A DNA stretch of 37,016 nt. It comes from Macrostomum lignano. Lineage: Eukaryota. The stretch lies in NCBI GenBank assembly GCA_002269645.1, contig NIVC01004723.1:1-37016 (forward strand). The letters run 5' to 3'. Below, piece by piece: positions 23,071 to 33,735 of this stretch. The position numbers and the translations under genes are program-made. The stretch's first letter is position 1. Each line of letters starts with the position of its first letter. The notes under the pieces were generated by a model. The model was not told where the DNA came from and ran no database searches. It saw nothing but the letters and a program-made list of their open reading frames with translations.

Positions 23071-23376
23071 GGGGGCTGTAGCCTAGTGGTCAGAGCGTCG
23101 GATTCACGACTTGAAGGTCGGGGGTTCGATTCCCGGTCCCACCGGAAAAATTTGTGTCCTTGAGCAAGACACTTAACTCTGCATTGCTTCAGTTCATCCA
23201 GATGTAAAATGGGTGCCAGCTAGTGGTAATTGAGGGTGTGTGTGGCGACCTCTAGTCCTTGGACTGAACAGCCGTACGTAGCCTTCAGATGCGCCACGCA
23301 ATAGCTGCGGCTGAGCTGTCGGTTGCACATCTGGCCATTAGTGAAAGGTGTAATATCAGTTATCGTTGTTATTATT
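23071..23376 (+). mobile_element. tRNA-derived SINE with a CORE-like central domain, apparently full length
   Basis: A box TAGCCTAGTGG (23079-23089) and B box GGTTCGATTCC (23123-23133). The central TGTGTCCTTGAGCAAGACACTTAAC...TGTAAAATGGG resembles the MIR/CORE consensus TGTGACCTTGGGCAAGTCACTTAAC...TGTAAAATGGG. Ends in a TTA-repeat tail. Confidence 0.85.
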
Positions 23377-23934
23377 GGCGACCTTGCGGAGTAATTGAAA
23401 GCAAAAAAGTCATCGCTATCTAAGTTTTCAATTAATTACTGACTAGCGACTCAAAAGCCTTCAGAAAAAATCTCTCTCGTGCAAATTTGTAGCAGAGCAT
23501 CTTTGATGCCGCAGAAATTGCCGGAAGTCTGCTGGGGGGGAAGAGATTTTTCATCGCGATATAATTGATTCCGACACCGATTTCGGACTTAATCTTGCCT
23601 GGGGGCTCGTCCTGTGATGATTCTATCCAATTAATTGATCAGTTGGCGTCTGCTGGCTGTATAGTGTAAGAAGAATACTGAAGCATGTCCGGATTGTCAG
23701 TCACCCCCCCATTTTCATTTATTCATTTCTTATCCATTTTTTTCGTTCTTAGAAAACGACTGGCAATCAGCTCCCGCCGTTGGGGAGGCAACAGAGAATG
23801 CAAAAACTTGAATAAACTGCATGTTGCTTCTGACCTCACAGCTTTGACATCTCATGAATCTCCACCCGTAAGCCTTGACGCGTTTCTGCTTAGTAAAGAT
23901 CTTTGTGTGCTCCAGTGTCTTCAAACGATTGGTT

Positions 23935-24564
23935 CCTTATCTCCATTCCCCTTCCCCTTATCTCCATTCCCCCTCTCCTTATCTCCATTCCCCTTCCCCT
24001 TATCTCCATTCCCCCTCTCCTTATCTCCATTCCCCCTCCCCTTATCTCCTTCCCCCTCTCCTTATCTCCATTCCCCCTCTCCTTATCTCCATTCCCCCTC
24101 TCCTTATCTCCATTCCCCCTCTCCTTATCTCCATTCCCCTCTCCTTATCTCCATTCCCTCTCTCCTTATCTCCATCCCCCCTCTCCTTATCTCCATTCCC
24201 CCTCTCCTTATCTCCATTCCCCCTCTCCTTATCTCCATTCCCCTCTCCTTATCTCCATTCCCTCTCTCCTTATCTCCATCCCCCCTCTCCTTATCTCCAT
24301 TCCCCTCCCCTTATCTCCATTCCCCCTCTCCTTATCTCCATTCCCTCTCTCCTTATCTCCATCCCCCCTCTCCTTATCTCCATTCCCCTCCCCTTATCTC
24401 CATTCCCCCTCTCCTTATCTCCATTCCCCCTCTCCTTATCTCCATTCCCCCTCTCCTTATCTCCATTCCCCTCTCCTTATCTCCATTCCCCCTCTCCTTA
24501 TCTCCATTCCCCCTCTCCTTATCTCCATTCCCCTCTCCTTATCTCCACTCCCCTCTCCTTATCC
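23935..24564. repeat. 20-21-bp pyrimidine minisatellite (CTCCTTATCTCCATTCCCCCT)n, ~30 units
   Basis: Read directly from the sequence. Confidence 0.96.
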
Positions 24565-25089
24565 CAAGTCTTACAGGGCATATTATCGATCAATTTTTAA
24601 TGCAATTTTTTACCTATTCTAGTGCCAATTATCATGGTTGCAACTGACTGTTTGTAAACAAGATTCTATTAGTCGTACAACTTTAAAAAAGCCTAAATAA
24701 AGATTGTACTCATTTCAGGTGCTTCATTCATCAGCCATTGCAGGTTTCATAAACATTACTTATTTTTGTTAGGAATTATTCGTCAACATTATTCGTTATT
24801 TGTCAACATTAAAATACGAAGTCTTCGACAAAATAGCTCGCAATCACGGACTCGAAGAACTTGCCCATTAAAATGTGTGTGCAGGACTTTTTTCTTTAAA
24901 ATTTTTCTTTTAATATATTTAAATTTATAGGTACATTCTGTAGCTGACAATTCAAATATGCCTTTAAAACTTGCAGAAAATGCTTGAAAATGTTTTCTGA
25001 TATTGTAAGGAGAGTAAATGGTTATGATAAATGAGAATCTGTATGCAATATTTAACTTAACATCGAGTGCCAGTTGGGAATGTTCGATC

Positions 25090-28083
25090 CGGACACTCGG
25101 ACAGAACTGTGATAGTCAACATTGACACTCGGACAGAATAGAGAGATTCAACTCGGACACTAGGACAGAATAAAGAGATTTAACTCGGACACTAGGATAG
25201 AACAGAGAGATTCAACTCGGACACTAGGATAGAATAGAGAGATTCAACTCGGACACTAGGATAGAATAGAGAGATTCAACTCGGACACTAGGATAGAATA
25301 GAGAGATTCAACTCGGACACTAGGATAGAATAGAGAGATTCAACTCGGACACTAGGAAAGAATAGAGAGATTCAACTCGGACACTAGGATAGAATAGAGA
25401 GATTCAACTCGGACACTAGGATAGAATAGAGAGATTCAACTCGGACACTAGGACAGAATAGAGAGATTCAACTCGGACACTAGGACAGAATAAAGAGATT
25501 TAACTCGGACACTAGGATAGAATAGAGAGATTCAACTCGGACACTAGGATAGAATAGAGAGATTCAACTCGGACACTAGGATAGAATAGAGAGATTCAAA
25601 TCGGACACTAGGACAGAAGTGAGATATTCAACTCGGACACTAGGATAGAATAGAGAGATTCAACTCGGACACTAGGGCAGAACAGAGAGATTCAACTCGG
25701 ACACTAGGACAGAATAGAGAGATTTAACTCGGACACTAGGATAGAATAGAGAGATTCAACTCGGACACTGGGGCAGAACAGAGAGATTTAACTCGGACAC
25801 TAGGACAGAATAGAGAGATTTAACTCGGACACTAGGATAGAATAGAGAGATTCAACTCGGACACTAGGATAGAATAGAGAGATTCAACTCGGACACTAGG
25901 ATAGAATAGAGAGATTCAACTCGGACACTAGGACAGAAGTGAGATATTCAACTCGGACACTAGGATAGAATAGAGAGATTCAACTCGGACACTAGGGCAG
26001 AACAGAGAGATTCAACTCGGACACTAGGACAGAATAGAGAGATTTAACTCGGACACTAGGATAGAATAGAGAGATTCAACTCGGACACTAGGACAGAATA
26101 GAGAGATTTAACTCGGACACTAGGATAGAACAGAGAGATTCAACTCGGACACTGGGGCAGAACAAAGAGATTCAACTCGGACACTAGGACAGAATAGAGA
26201 GATTTAACTCGGACACTAGGATAGAATAGAGAGATTCAACTCGGACACTAGGATAGAACAGAGAGATTCAACTCGGACACTAGGACAGAACAGAGAGATT
26301 TAACTCGGACACTAGGATAGAATAGAGAGATTCAACTCGGACACTAGGACAGAACAGAGAGATTTAACTCGGACACTAGGATAGAATAGAGAGATTCAAC
26401 TCGGACACTAGGGCAGAACAGAGAGATTCAACTCGGACACTAGGACAGAATAGAGAGATTCAACTCGGACACTAGGACAGAATAAAGAGATTTAACTCGG
26501 ACTCTAGGATAGAATAGAGAGATTCAACTCGGACACTAGGACAGAAGTGAGATATTCAACTCGGACTCTAGGATAGAATAGAGAGATTCAACTCGGACAC
26601 TAGGGCAGAACAGAGAGATTCAACTCGGACACTAGGACAGAATAGAGAGATTTAACTCGGACACTAGGATAGAATAGAGAGATTCAACTCGGACACTAGG
26701 ATAGAATAGAGAGATTCAACTCGGACACTAGGATAGAATAGAGAGATTCAACTCGGACACTAGGACAGAAGTGAGATATTCAACTCGGACACTAGGATAG
26801 AACAGAGAGATTCAACTCGGACACTAGGGCAGAACAGAGAGATTCAACTCGGACACTAGGACAGAATAGAGAGATTTAACTCGGACACTAGGATAGAATA
26901 GAGAGATTCAACTCGGACACTAGGACAGAATAGAGAGATTTAACTCGGACACTAGGATAGAACAGAGAGATTCAACTCGGACACTGGGGCAGAACAAAGA
27001 GATTCAACTCGGACACTAGGACAGAATAGAGAGATTCAACTCGGACACTAGGACAGAAGTGAGATATTCAACTCGGACACTAGGATAGAACAGAGAGATT
27101 CAACTCGGACACTAGGGCAGAACAGAGAGATTCAACTCGGACACTAGGACAGAATAGAGAGATTTAACTCGGACACTAGGATAGAATAGAGAGATTCAAC
27201 TCGGACACTAGGACAGAATAGAGAGATTTAACTCGGACACTAGGATAGAACAGAGAGATTCAACTCGGACACTGGGGCAGAACAAAGAGATTCAACTCGG
27301 ACACTAGGACAGAATAGAGAGATTTAACTCGGACACTAGGATAGAATAGAGAGATTCAACTCGGACACTAGGATAGAACAGAGAGATTCAACTCGGACAC
27401 TAGGACAGAATAGAGAGATTTAACTCGGACACTAGGATAGAATAGAGAGATTCAACTCGGACACTAGGACAGAACAGAGAGATTTAACTCGGACACTAGG
27501 ATAGAATAGAGAGATTCAACTCGGACACTAGGGCAGAACAGAGAGATTCAACTCGGACACTAGGACAGAATAGAGAGATTCAACTCGGACACTAGGATAG
27601 AATAAAGAGATTTAACTCGGACTCTAGGATAGAATAGAGAGATTCAACTCGGACACTAGGACAGAAGTGAGATATTCAACTCGGACTCTAGGATAGAATA
27701 GAGAGATTCAACTCGGACACTAGGGCAGAACAGAGAGATTCAACTCGGACACTAGGACAGAATAGAGAGATTTAACTCGGACACTAGGATAGAATAGAGA
27801 GATTCAACTCGGACACTAGGATAGAACAGAGAGATTCAACTCGGACACTGGGACAGAATAGAGAGATTTAACTCGGACACTAGGGCAGAACAGAGAGATT
27901 CAACTCGGACACTAGGACAGAATAGAGAGATTTAACTCGGACACTAGGACAGAATAGAGAGATTTAACTCGGACACTAGGACAGAATAGAGAGATTCAAC
28001 TCGGACACTAGGACAGAATTGAGATATTCAACTTGGACACTAGGACAGAATAGAGAGATTCAACTCGGACACTCGGACAGAAT
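25090..28083. repeat. 32-bp satellite (CAACTCGGACACTAGGATAGAATAGAGAGATT)n, ~93 units, with higher-order structure
   Basis: Contiguous units with no unique spacers; diagnostic variants recur at 320-bp and 1120-bp offsets. Confidence 0.98.
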
Positions 28084-28139
28084 AGGAAAATTTGAATCAA
28101 ATCGATAATTTATGATTTTAATCAACAATGTATCTTTAA

Positions 28140-29423
28140 CTAGACTGACGCAACCATCTGCTGTACGGACACGAGTTCGATTCCTTTCAGCTGCTGCTGC
28201 CTCCTCAATTGCCGTCTCTGCTGGGCGGATCTCCTGACAGGTAGCAGCAGCTGCTGCTGTGCCTGCGGCGGCAGCGGCGGCAGCGCAGCCATTGTTGCCG
28301 ATGCCAGACCCGTGGCAGCCCGTGAGCTCCTCCAGTTGCCCCTGGCAACCGTCTGCCGCAGCCTCATCAGTCTGGCCAGCTGGCGCCGGAACGCCTCGCC
28401 AGTGGCCAAGTAGATGAACAGCTTGACTGCGCTGTGGCTGACGGCCAGCAGTGACACCAGGCTGCTGGCCGTGGCGTGTCGAAAATAGCCCGCAACCTCC
28501 GGCAGGCGACCTTCGGACATGCCGGCCAAGACCTCTGAGTCGGTGAGGTTGCACGTGGCCGAGTGCAAGTAGTCGGTTCCGGCCGCGTGGAATCCGAGGA
28601 AGAGCATCACGGACACCGGCAGCATGACGCCCAGCTGGTAGAAAGACACGCACAGCAGAGTCGCTGTGGTTGTTCGCCGCCTGCTCGGATCGCCAGCGTG
28701 GCGTCTTGCTCTGGTGAGCACCAGCGAGTTGAACAGCAGGATGGTCAGGGGAGTGACAGCGAAGAACAGGACCTCGGTAGTCTTGCTCCAGGCGTGGTAC
28801 AGACGGTGCCTGGGCGTTCCCGGTTCGAACACCCGCTCATCATCCAGGCACTGTTGACGAGCAGCATCGTAGCGAAAGAAGCAGAGCTGCACCAGCGCTA
28901 GCGGCAGGCAGACAGTTGCTAGGCAACCGGAAACAACCAGAGAACGCCTCGGTGTGCTCAGGCGTCTGCTAGCGAACGGATGAAAGATTGCAGCGTAGCG
29001 CTCGACAGTGAAGGCCAGAATTAGCAGCGGGGAGAGGTACTGCAGCCACAGGCTGAACACGGGAAACGCGCTGCACATCAACCGGTTGTCAACGACGCTT
29101 AGATCGTAATAGGCGTGCAGGTGCCAAGGCAGCTGCTGCAGCAGCAAGAACGCCGCGTCCAGCACCGCCAGAGCGCTCAGGTAAACGCTGGACGCGGTGC
29201 GAAGTCGCCGACTGGACCAGACGGCCAGGCTGAGCAGAGAACCGGGCACGCCCAGGATGATCCAGACGGGCAGGATGAGGCGGACCAACTGCACCACCAA
29301 TGGAGCAAAAGCCTGCATCAGTCGGAGAGTGCTGGAGTGCCGGGTCACGATGCTGTGTCGACAAATAGACATCGGCGTGACTGCAGACGACTCGTTGGTG
29401 GCAGTGAAGTTTAATGAATTCAT
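28140..29423 (-). CDS. Intronless class A (rhodopsin-like) GPCR, peptide-receptor type (FMRFamide-R/GPR139-142-like orphan), 427 aa
   Basis: Seven hydrophobic segments. N-terminal N-glycosylation sequons (NFT, NES). TM2 YLSALAVLD, TM3 AFTVERYAAIFHPF, a C3.25/ECL2 cysteine pair, TM7 LFIY followed by helix 8 (GEAFRRQL). Confidence 0.92.
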   Translation of the reverse strand: MNSLNFTATNESSAVTPMSICRHSIVTRHSSTLRLMQAFAPLVVQLVRLILPVWIILGVPGSLLSLAVWSSRRLRTASSVYLSALAVLDAAFLLLQQLPWHLHAYYDLSVVDNRLMCSAFPVFSLWLQYLSPLLILAFTVERYAAIFHPFASRRLSTPRRSLVVSGCLATVCLPLALVQLCFFRYDAARQQCLDDERVFEPGTPRHRLYHAWSKTTEVLFFAVTPLTILLFNSLVLTRARRHAGDPSRRRTTTATLLCVSFYQLGVMLPVSVMLFLGFHAAGTDYLHSATCNLTDSEVLAGMSEGRLPEVAGYFRHATASSLVSLLAVSHSAVKLFIYLATGEAFRRQLARLMRLRQTVARGNWRSSRAATGLASATMAALPPLPPQAQQQLLLPVRRSAQQRRQLRRQQQLKGIELVSVQQMVASV

Positions 29424-29733
29424 GTCTCGGCAGGCAGCGAACGCTGTGTCAAAGTTTCCCCTACTTTCTGAATTGGATTAGGTGCAAATTTATACTCGTA
29501 AATGATGGAGACAGGCCTCAGCCAATGGGAATCTTAGCTTTCTAATCTGAGAAAAGTACTCGTTCCTGCTTCCAAACATCTCACTTTAAATTTCGCAAGG
29601 CAAGACTAAATAAAATCAATTCGAACTCTTACTGTGAGACAGGTGCTGGAAAAAATAGCGGGTTTAAGGACCGAGAGGTTGGTGTTTTCGAACCACAGAA
29701 AAGTGTTTTGCGAGCAGAAGGACAGGTAGCACC

Positions 29734-30072
29734 AGAGAGACAGGTGTTTTGGTACCATAGAGAGACAGGTGTTTTGGGACCATAGACACAGACGTTTTAA
29801 GACCATAGAGACAGGTGTTTTGGGACCATAGAGACAGGTGTTTTGGGACCATAGAGACAGGTGTTTTGGTACCATAGACAAACAGGTGTTTTGGTACCAT
29901 AGACAAACAGGTGTTTTGGGACCATAGACAAACAGGTGTTTTGGGACCATAGAGAGACAGGTGTTTTGGGACCATAGAGAGACAGGTGTTTTGGGACCAT
30001 AGAGACAGGTATTTTGGGACCATAGACAGGTAATTTGCTAATCATAGAGACAGGTGTTCCTGGACCAGTGTT
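29734..30072. repeat. 22-24-bp minisatellite (GAGACAGGTGTTTTGGGACCATA)n, ~14 units
   Basis: Read directly; starts ~310 bp upstream of the GPCR ATG. Confidence 0.95.
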
Positions 30073-30682
30073 CCTAGACCAGTATCATATTGTTACTACT
30101 CTGTTCCATCTGCTGTGTGCTATTTTTATCTTGCTGGTTTTTTCGGTTTTCTCAATCTGACATGTCTATTCGCAATATCTTACTAACCAAAGTAAAGGAT
30201 AACGAATACAGGTGGAATTTTCACCTAGTTTTGCTGGACAAACCACTTGTCTTAAGCTCCAAAATTTCACTAGATATCGTAGTAGCACATGTACTTTTAG
30301 GATTGACCGGCTGTTATAAAATAACAATTAACACCAATTCAAAAATCAATACCAATATTTAACCATTTTTAATGATATCCACTATAGAAAACAAAAAAAT
30401 GTAGAATTCTAAAATAAAATTTTTATTTAGTATGCAAGAACAATTAGCATTTTTATAACGTTAATTATATCCATGGCAAGAGCATAAAAAACACAATGCT
30501 TTTAAAGGATTCAAAAGCAAAAGCAAGAAGATACACAGAGAGTTGCGTGTGCATATTAGTAGATTAAAACTGCTTTTTTCATTTAGCTATATCAATGTTT
30601 TTAGCTGCCAAGAGCCAAGAGGAGCCAAGAAAGAATGGAATAAAATTATTGAATAAACTGCATGTAGCTTCTGACTCTCAGC

Positions 30683-30925
30683 CTTGACTTCTCGCAATTC
30701 CCATAGCAAGCCTTGACATCTTAGCAATTCCCCTAGCAAGCCTTGACATCTCAGCAATTCCCCTAGCAAGCCTTGAAATCTCAGCAATTCCCCTAGCAAT
30801 TGCCTTGACATCTCAGCAATTCCCCTAGCAATTGCCTTGACATCTCAGCAATTCCCCTAGCAAGCCTTGACATCTCAGCAATTCCCCTAGCAAGCCTTGA
30901 CATCTGAGCAATTCCTCCGTAAGCC
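30683..30925. repeat. 30-bp minisatellite (CTTGACATCTCAGCAATTCCCCTAGCAAGC)n, ~7-8 units
   Basis: Read directly from the sequence. Confidence 0.93.
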
Positions 30926-31935
30926 AGGCTGTGAGGTCAAACCCGCACAGAGAGTTGCCGAAATCTGTTAAAATCATGCATCAGATAAGTTTATTACCAT
31001 GGTAGCATTTTGGCAGACAACCTATTGTAAGCTATGCAGAATTTTAGACTGCAGCAGCCCTCGTGTAGCAGATTTATAATATGAATCTTTGTACAGGGGT
31101 GCCTCAGGGTAAAAATATACTAGATAAAAAGTCTATAATTTTTTCAACTCAATCGATGATAATATTCAGGAATAATAAACAGCAGCAAGGCAGCATTAAA
31201 AGCAGCAAAAAGCGGCGTGTATTGAAACTATGAAAAATTACAATAGCATTTTAATATCAGGCTTAAACAGGCAGGCAGAGAGACCTCGCGCGGCACAGAG
31301 AGAAGAGAAAAGCAAAATAAAAGACATTTCTACACACATTGCTTCCGGGTTGAAGTTCTTGGAATGCCGTGAAACAGTACTTTGAGTTGCTTTCATCTGA
31401 CAGGCTTGGAAAGAATAAGAGCCGAGTTGAGCTAAGCTTTTTTTATGAAATGTCTGGAAGCTGGGAAGGCAAAAGGAGACGATGAAGGAGCAGACTAAGT
31501 AGGAAGCTGAGAGCTACAGTTGCGGATCCACTGGGGGCCTTGAAGTTTTCGAAGATACGCGGGCCAGGTACGCGACTACGAGGGGGAAGGGGAGGGGAAA
31601 GATGCTGAGGAAAGCGGTGGGAGCAAACAGGGAGTGAGGCAAATGTACCAAAGCATTATTTGTTCTCCATTAGTTCGATCGTGTGCTATAGAACTTTTAG
31701 ACTATATGCGAGCGACTTATTTCAAACAAAAAACTGATGTTTGAAAATCCTGATTCTAGCGAGCCGCGAGTGAAGGATGGATGAGCGGAAATGGACACCA
31801 CGTAGGAACGGTTCCGAGCTACATTAAGTTAAAATACAAGTCTCGCTTGTGTGAAAATTTCGGTAGGTTGATTTCTGGAATTTCTGAATCACAAAGAAAT
31901 TATAGCGCTTCAGATGGAAGTCTTCTGGAGTTAAG

Positions 31936-32365
31936 TTAGGGGTTAGAAGGACGCGGAGGGAGTGGGTGTCGGTGCTAGGGGTTAGAAGGACGCGGAGGGA
32001 AGTGGGTGTCGGTGCTAGGGGTTAGAAGGACGCGGAGGGAAGTGGGTGTCGGTGCTAGGGGTTAGAAGGACGCGGAGGGAGGTGGGTGTCGGTGCTAGGG
32101 GTTAGAAGGACGCGGAGGGAGGTGGGTGTCGGAGCTAGGGGTTAGAAAGACGCGGAGGGAGGTGGGTGTCGGTGCTAGGGGTTAGAAAGACGCGGAGGGA
32201 GGTGGGTGTCGGAACTAGGGGTTAGAAGGACGCGGAGGGAGGTGGGTGGTGAAACACGGAGGGAGGTGAGTGTCGGAGTTTGAGGTCAGAGGAGCGCGGA
32301 GTGAGGTGGGTGTCGGAGATAGGGGTAAGAAGAGCGCGGAGAAGGGGGTGTCGGAGTTATGGGGT
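31936..32365. repeat. 40-41-bp G-rich minisatellite (GGGGTTAGAAGGACGCGGAGGGAGGTGGGTGTCGGTGCTA)n, ~8 conserved plus ~3 degenerate units
   Basis: Read directly from the sequence. Confidence 0.93.
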
Positions 32366-32715
32366 AAATGACCCCGGGGATCCGCCCCCGCCCCTTCCAC
32401 CTGCTTCCACCTTCCACGCCCCTTCCCTTGCACGGGAGCAGGTTCCCAGCTGAGGATAAGATAGATTGTGCATAAATATCAGGCAGGCACTCTTTCAATT
32501 AAATTAATGAGCGAAACTGTATTATAATGACGACTGCAAGTGCATAAAATATTTAACGAAATTATTTCTTCATCAGTAGGACTCAAGCAGGCGCCGCCAC
32601 CTTCTCAGGCTCATCCATATTCAGGTCACGTGCGCCAATAACTGTGGCCTGATAGAGCTGTGATAGAGACAAGAGAACAAGTTCGCTAATGCTCTCCCAC
32701 ATGGGACAGGCTGGC

Positions 32716-33534
32716 CTAGAGCTCAGTCGCGCAGACTCTTCTGTACCGCTGCTGCTGTTGCTGCAGTGGCGGCTGCAGCGGCTGCGGCTGCCTTGAGTTC
32801 GCAGAGTCATTCAATAGAGCGGCGCCTGCAGCCGCATTCGCCACTGTCGAGCAGTCAGCCGGGCCTCCAGCTGCACTGGCGGGCTGCTTGCTGGCAGCTC
32901 GAGTCGTGTAGATGTAAAAGAATTCGACAATTTCCACAACGAACGCGCAGGTCAAGCCGATAGTGAGCGAGCACAGGCCGCCAATCTGCGACATCAGCGC
33001 GTTCAACGTCAGCACCTGTTTCTCCTCTTTGAGTACGAGATTTTCGCTTTTCCGTTTGAGCACAACGTAAGCGAAGTTTTTTGATTCGACCATGTCTTCA
33101 ACTTGCCCGTCGGCGTCGCCTACCGTGGTCAGATTCTCCTGCGTCAGGTATCGCATTAGGCGACTTTTGACCGCGCCGAACCGCTCCCTGAGCTCCGGGA
33201 GCGGCTTCGCCCTCTCGTCTCGGTCCTGAATCAGACTGCTGAGGTCTTCAATGTCGTTGACGAATTTGCCTGACCAATATACTTGCCAGTCTGTGGCGCC
33301 CCAGTAGGTCACGGATGGCTTCGTCTCGTACTCGGTGAGGATGCACCGTGGCAGGCAGTTTGCCTCAGTCAGGCTCTCCAGGACGCCAACATAGCAGTTC
33401 AGCTGGTTTAAGAAGTCGTCGAAGGTTTTGTTGTAGGCTCTGGTGAACGAGGCGCAGTACGGCAGCGCTATGCTGGGCGTTTTCGGCCGGGGAAAACCGG
33501 GCAGACCGATAATGCAGTTGCAGCGAGCCATCAC
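32716..33534 (-). CDS. DEG/ENaC (amiloride-sensitive-type) channel, exon 2: thumb, TM2 and C-tail
   Basis: Cys-rich ARCNC...C...C...CLPRC region, then TM2 EEKQVLTLNALMSQIGGLCSLTIGLT...VEIVE. Acceptor cgccag|GTG (phase 0), stop TAG at 32716-32718. The C-terminus -TEL fits a class I PDZ ligand. Confidence 0.9.
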   Translation of the reverse strand: MMARCNCIIGLPGFPRPKTPSIALPYCASFTRAYNKTFDDFLNQLNCYVGVLESLTEANCLPRCILTEYETKPSVTYWGATDWQVYWSGKFVNDIEDLSSLIQDRDERAKPLPELRERFGAVKSRLMRYLTQENLTTVGDADGQVEDMVESKNFAYVVLKRKSENLVLKEEKQVLTLNALMSQIGGLCSLTIGLTCAFVVEIVEFFYIYTTRAASKQPASAAGGPADCSTVANAAAGAALLNDSANSRQPQPLQPPLQQQQQRYRRVCATEL

Positions 33535-33735
33535 CTGGCGATTTGGCGTGGTAGATAGTTAAAATCGCACGCGAAAATAACCTAGATACAGTTTAAATTA
33601 AACTTAACATTAAAATTTGTAACACTGCACGAATTCTGAAGCATCTTTTGATGCCGCAAACAACTCGATTGGAGTCGTATCTATGTCAAATTTAGTGAAA
33701 TCCAATGAGATGCTCCAGGTATTTTAGAATCATAC

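Noticed and set aside
23071-23143. Functional tRNA gene (Val-CAC-like loop)
   Set aside because: Acceptor and anticodon stems pair poorly, there is no oligo-T terminator, it continues into CORE-like and tail sequence, and a second diverged copy exists. It is a SINE head.
25090-28083. 32-bp repeat array as a CRISPR locus
   Set aside because: Units are contiguous with no unique spacers, there are no cas genes, and the context is eukaryotic with spliced genes.
28422-28424. TM7 lysine as an opsin retinal-binding site
   Set aside because: It aligns to 7.49, not 7.43, and no opsin motifs are present.
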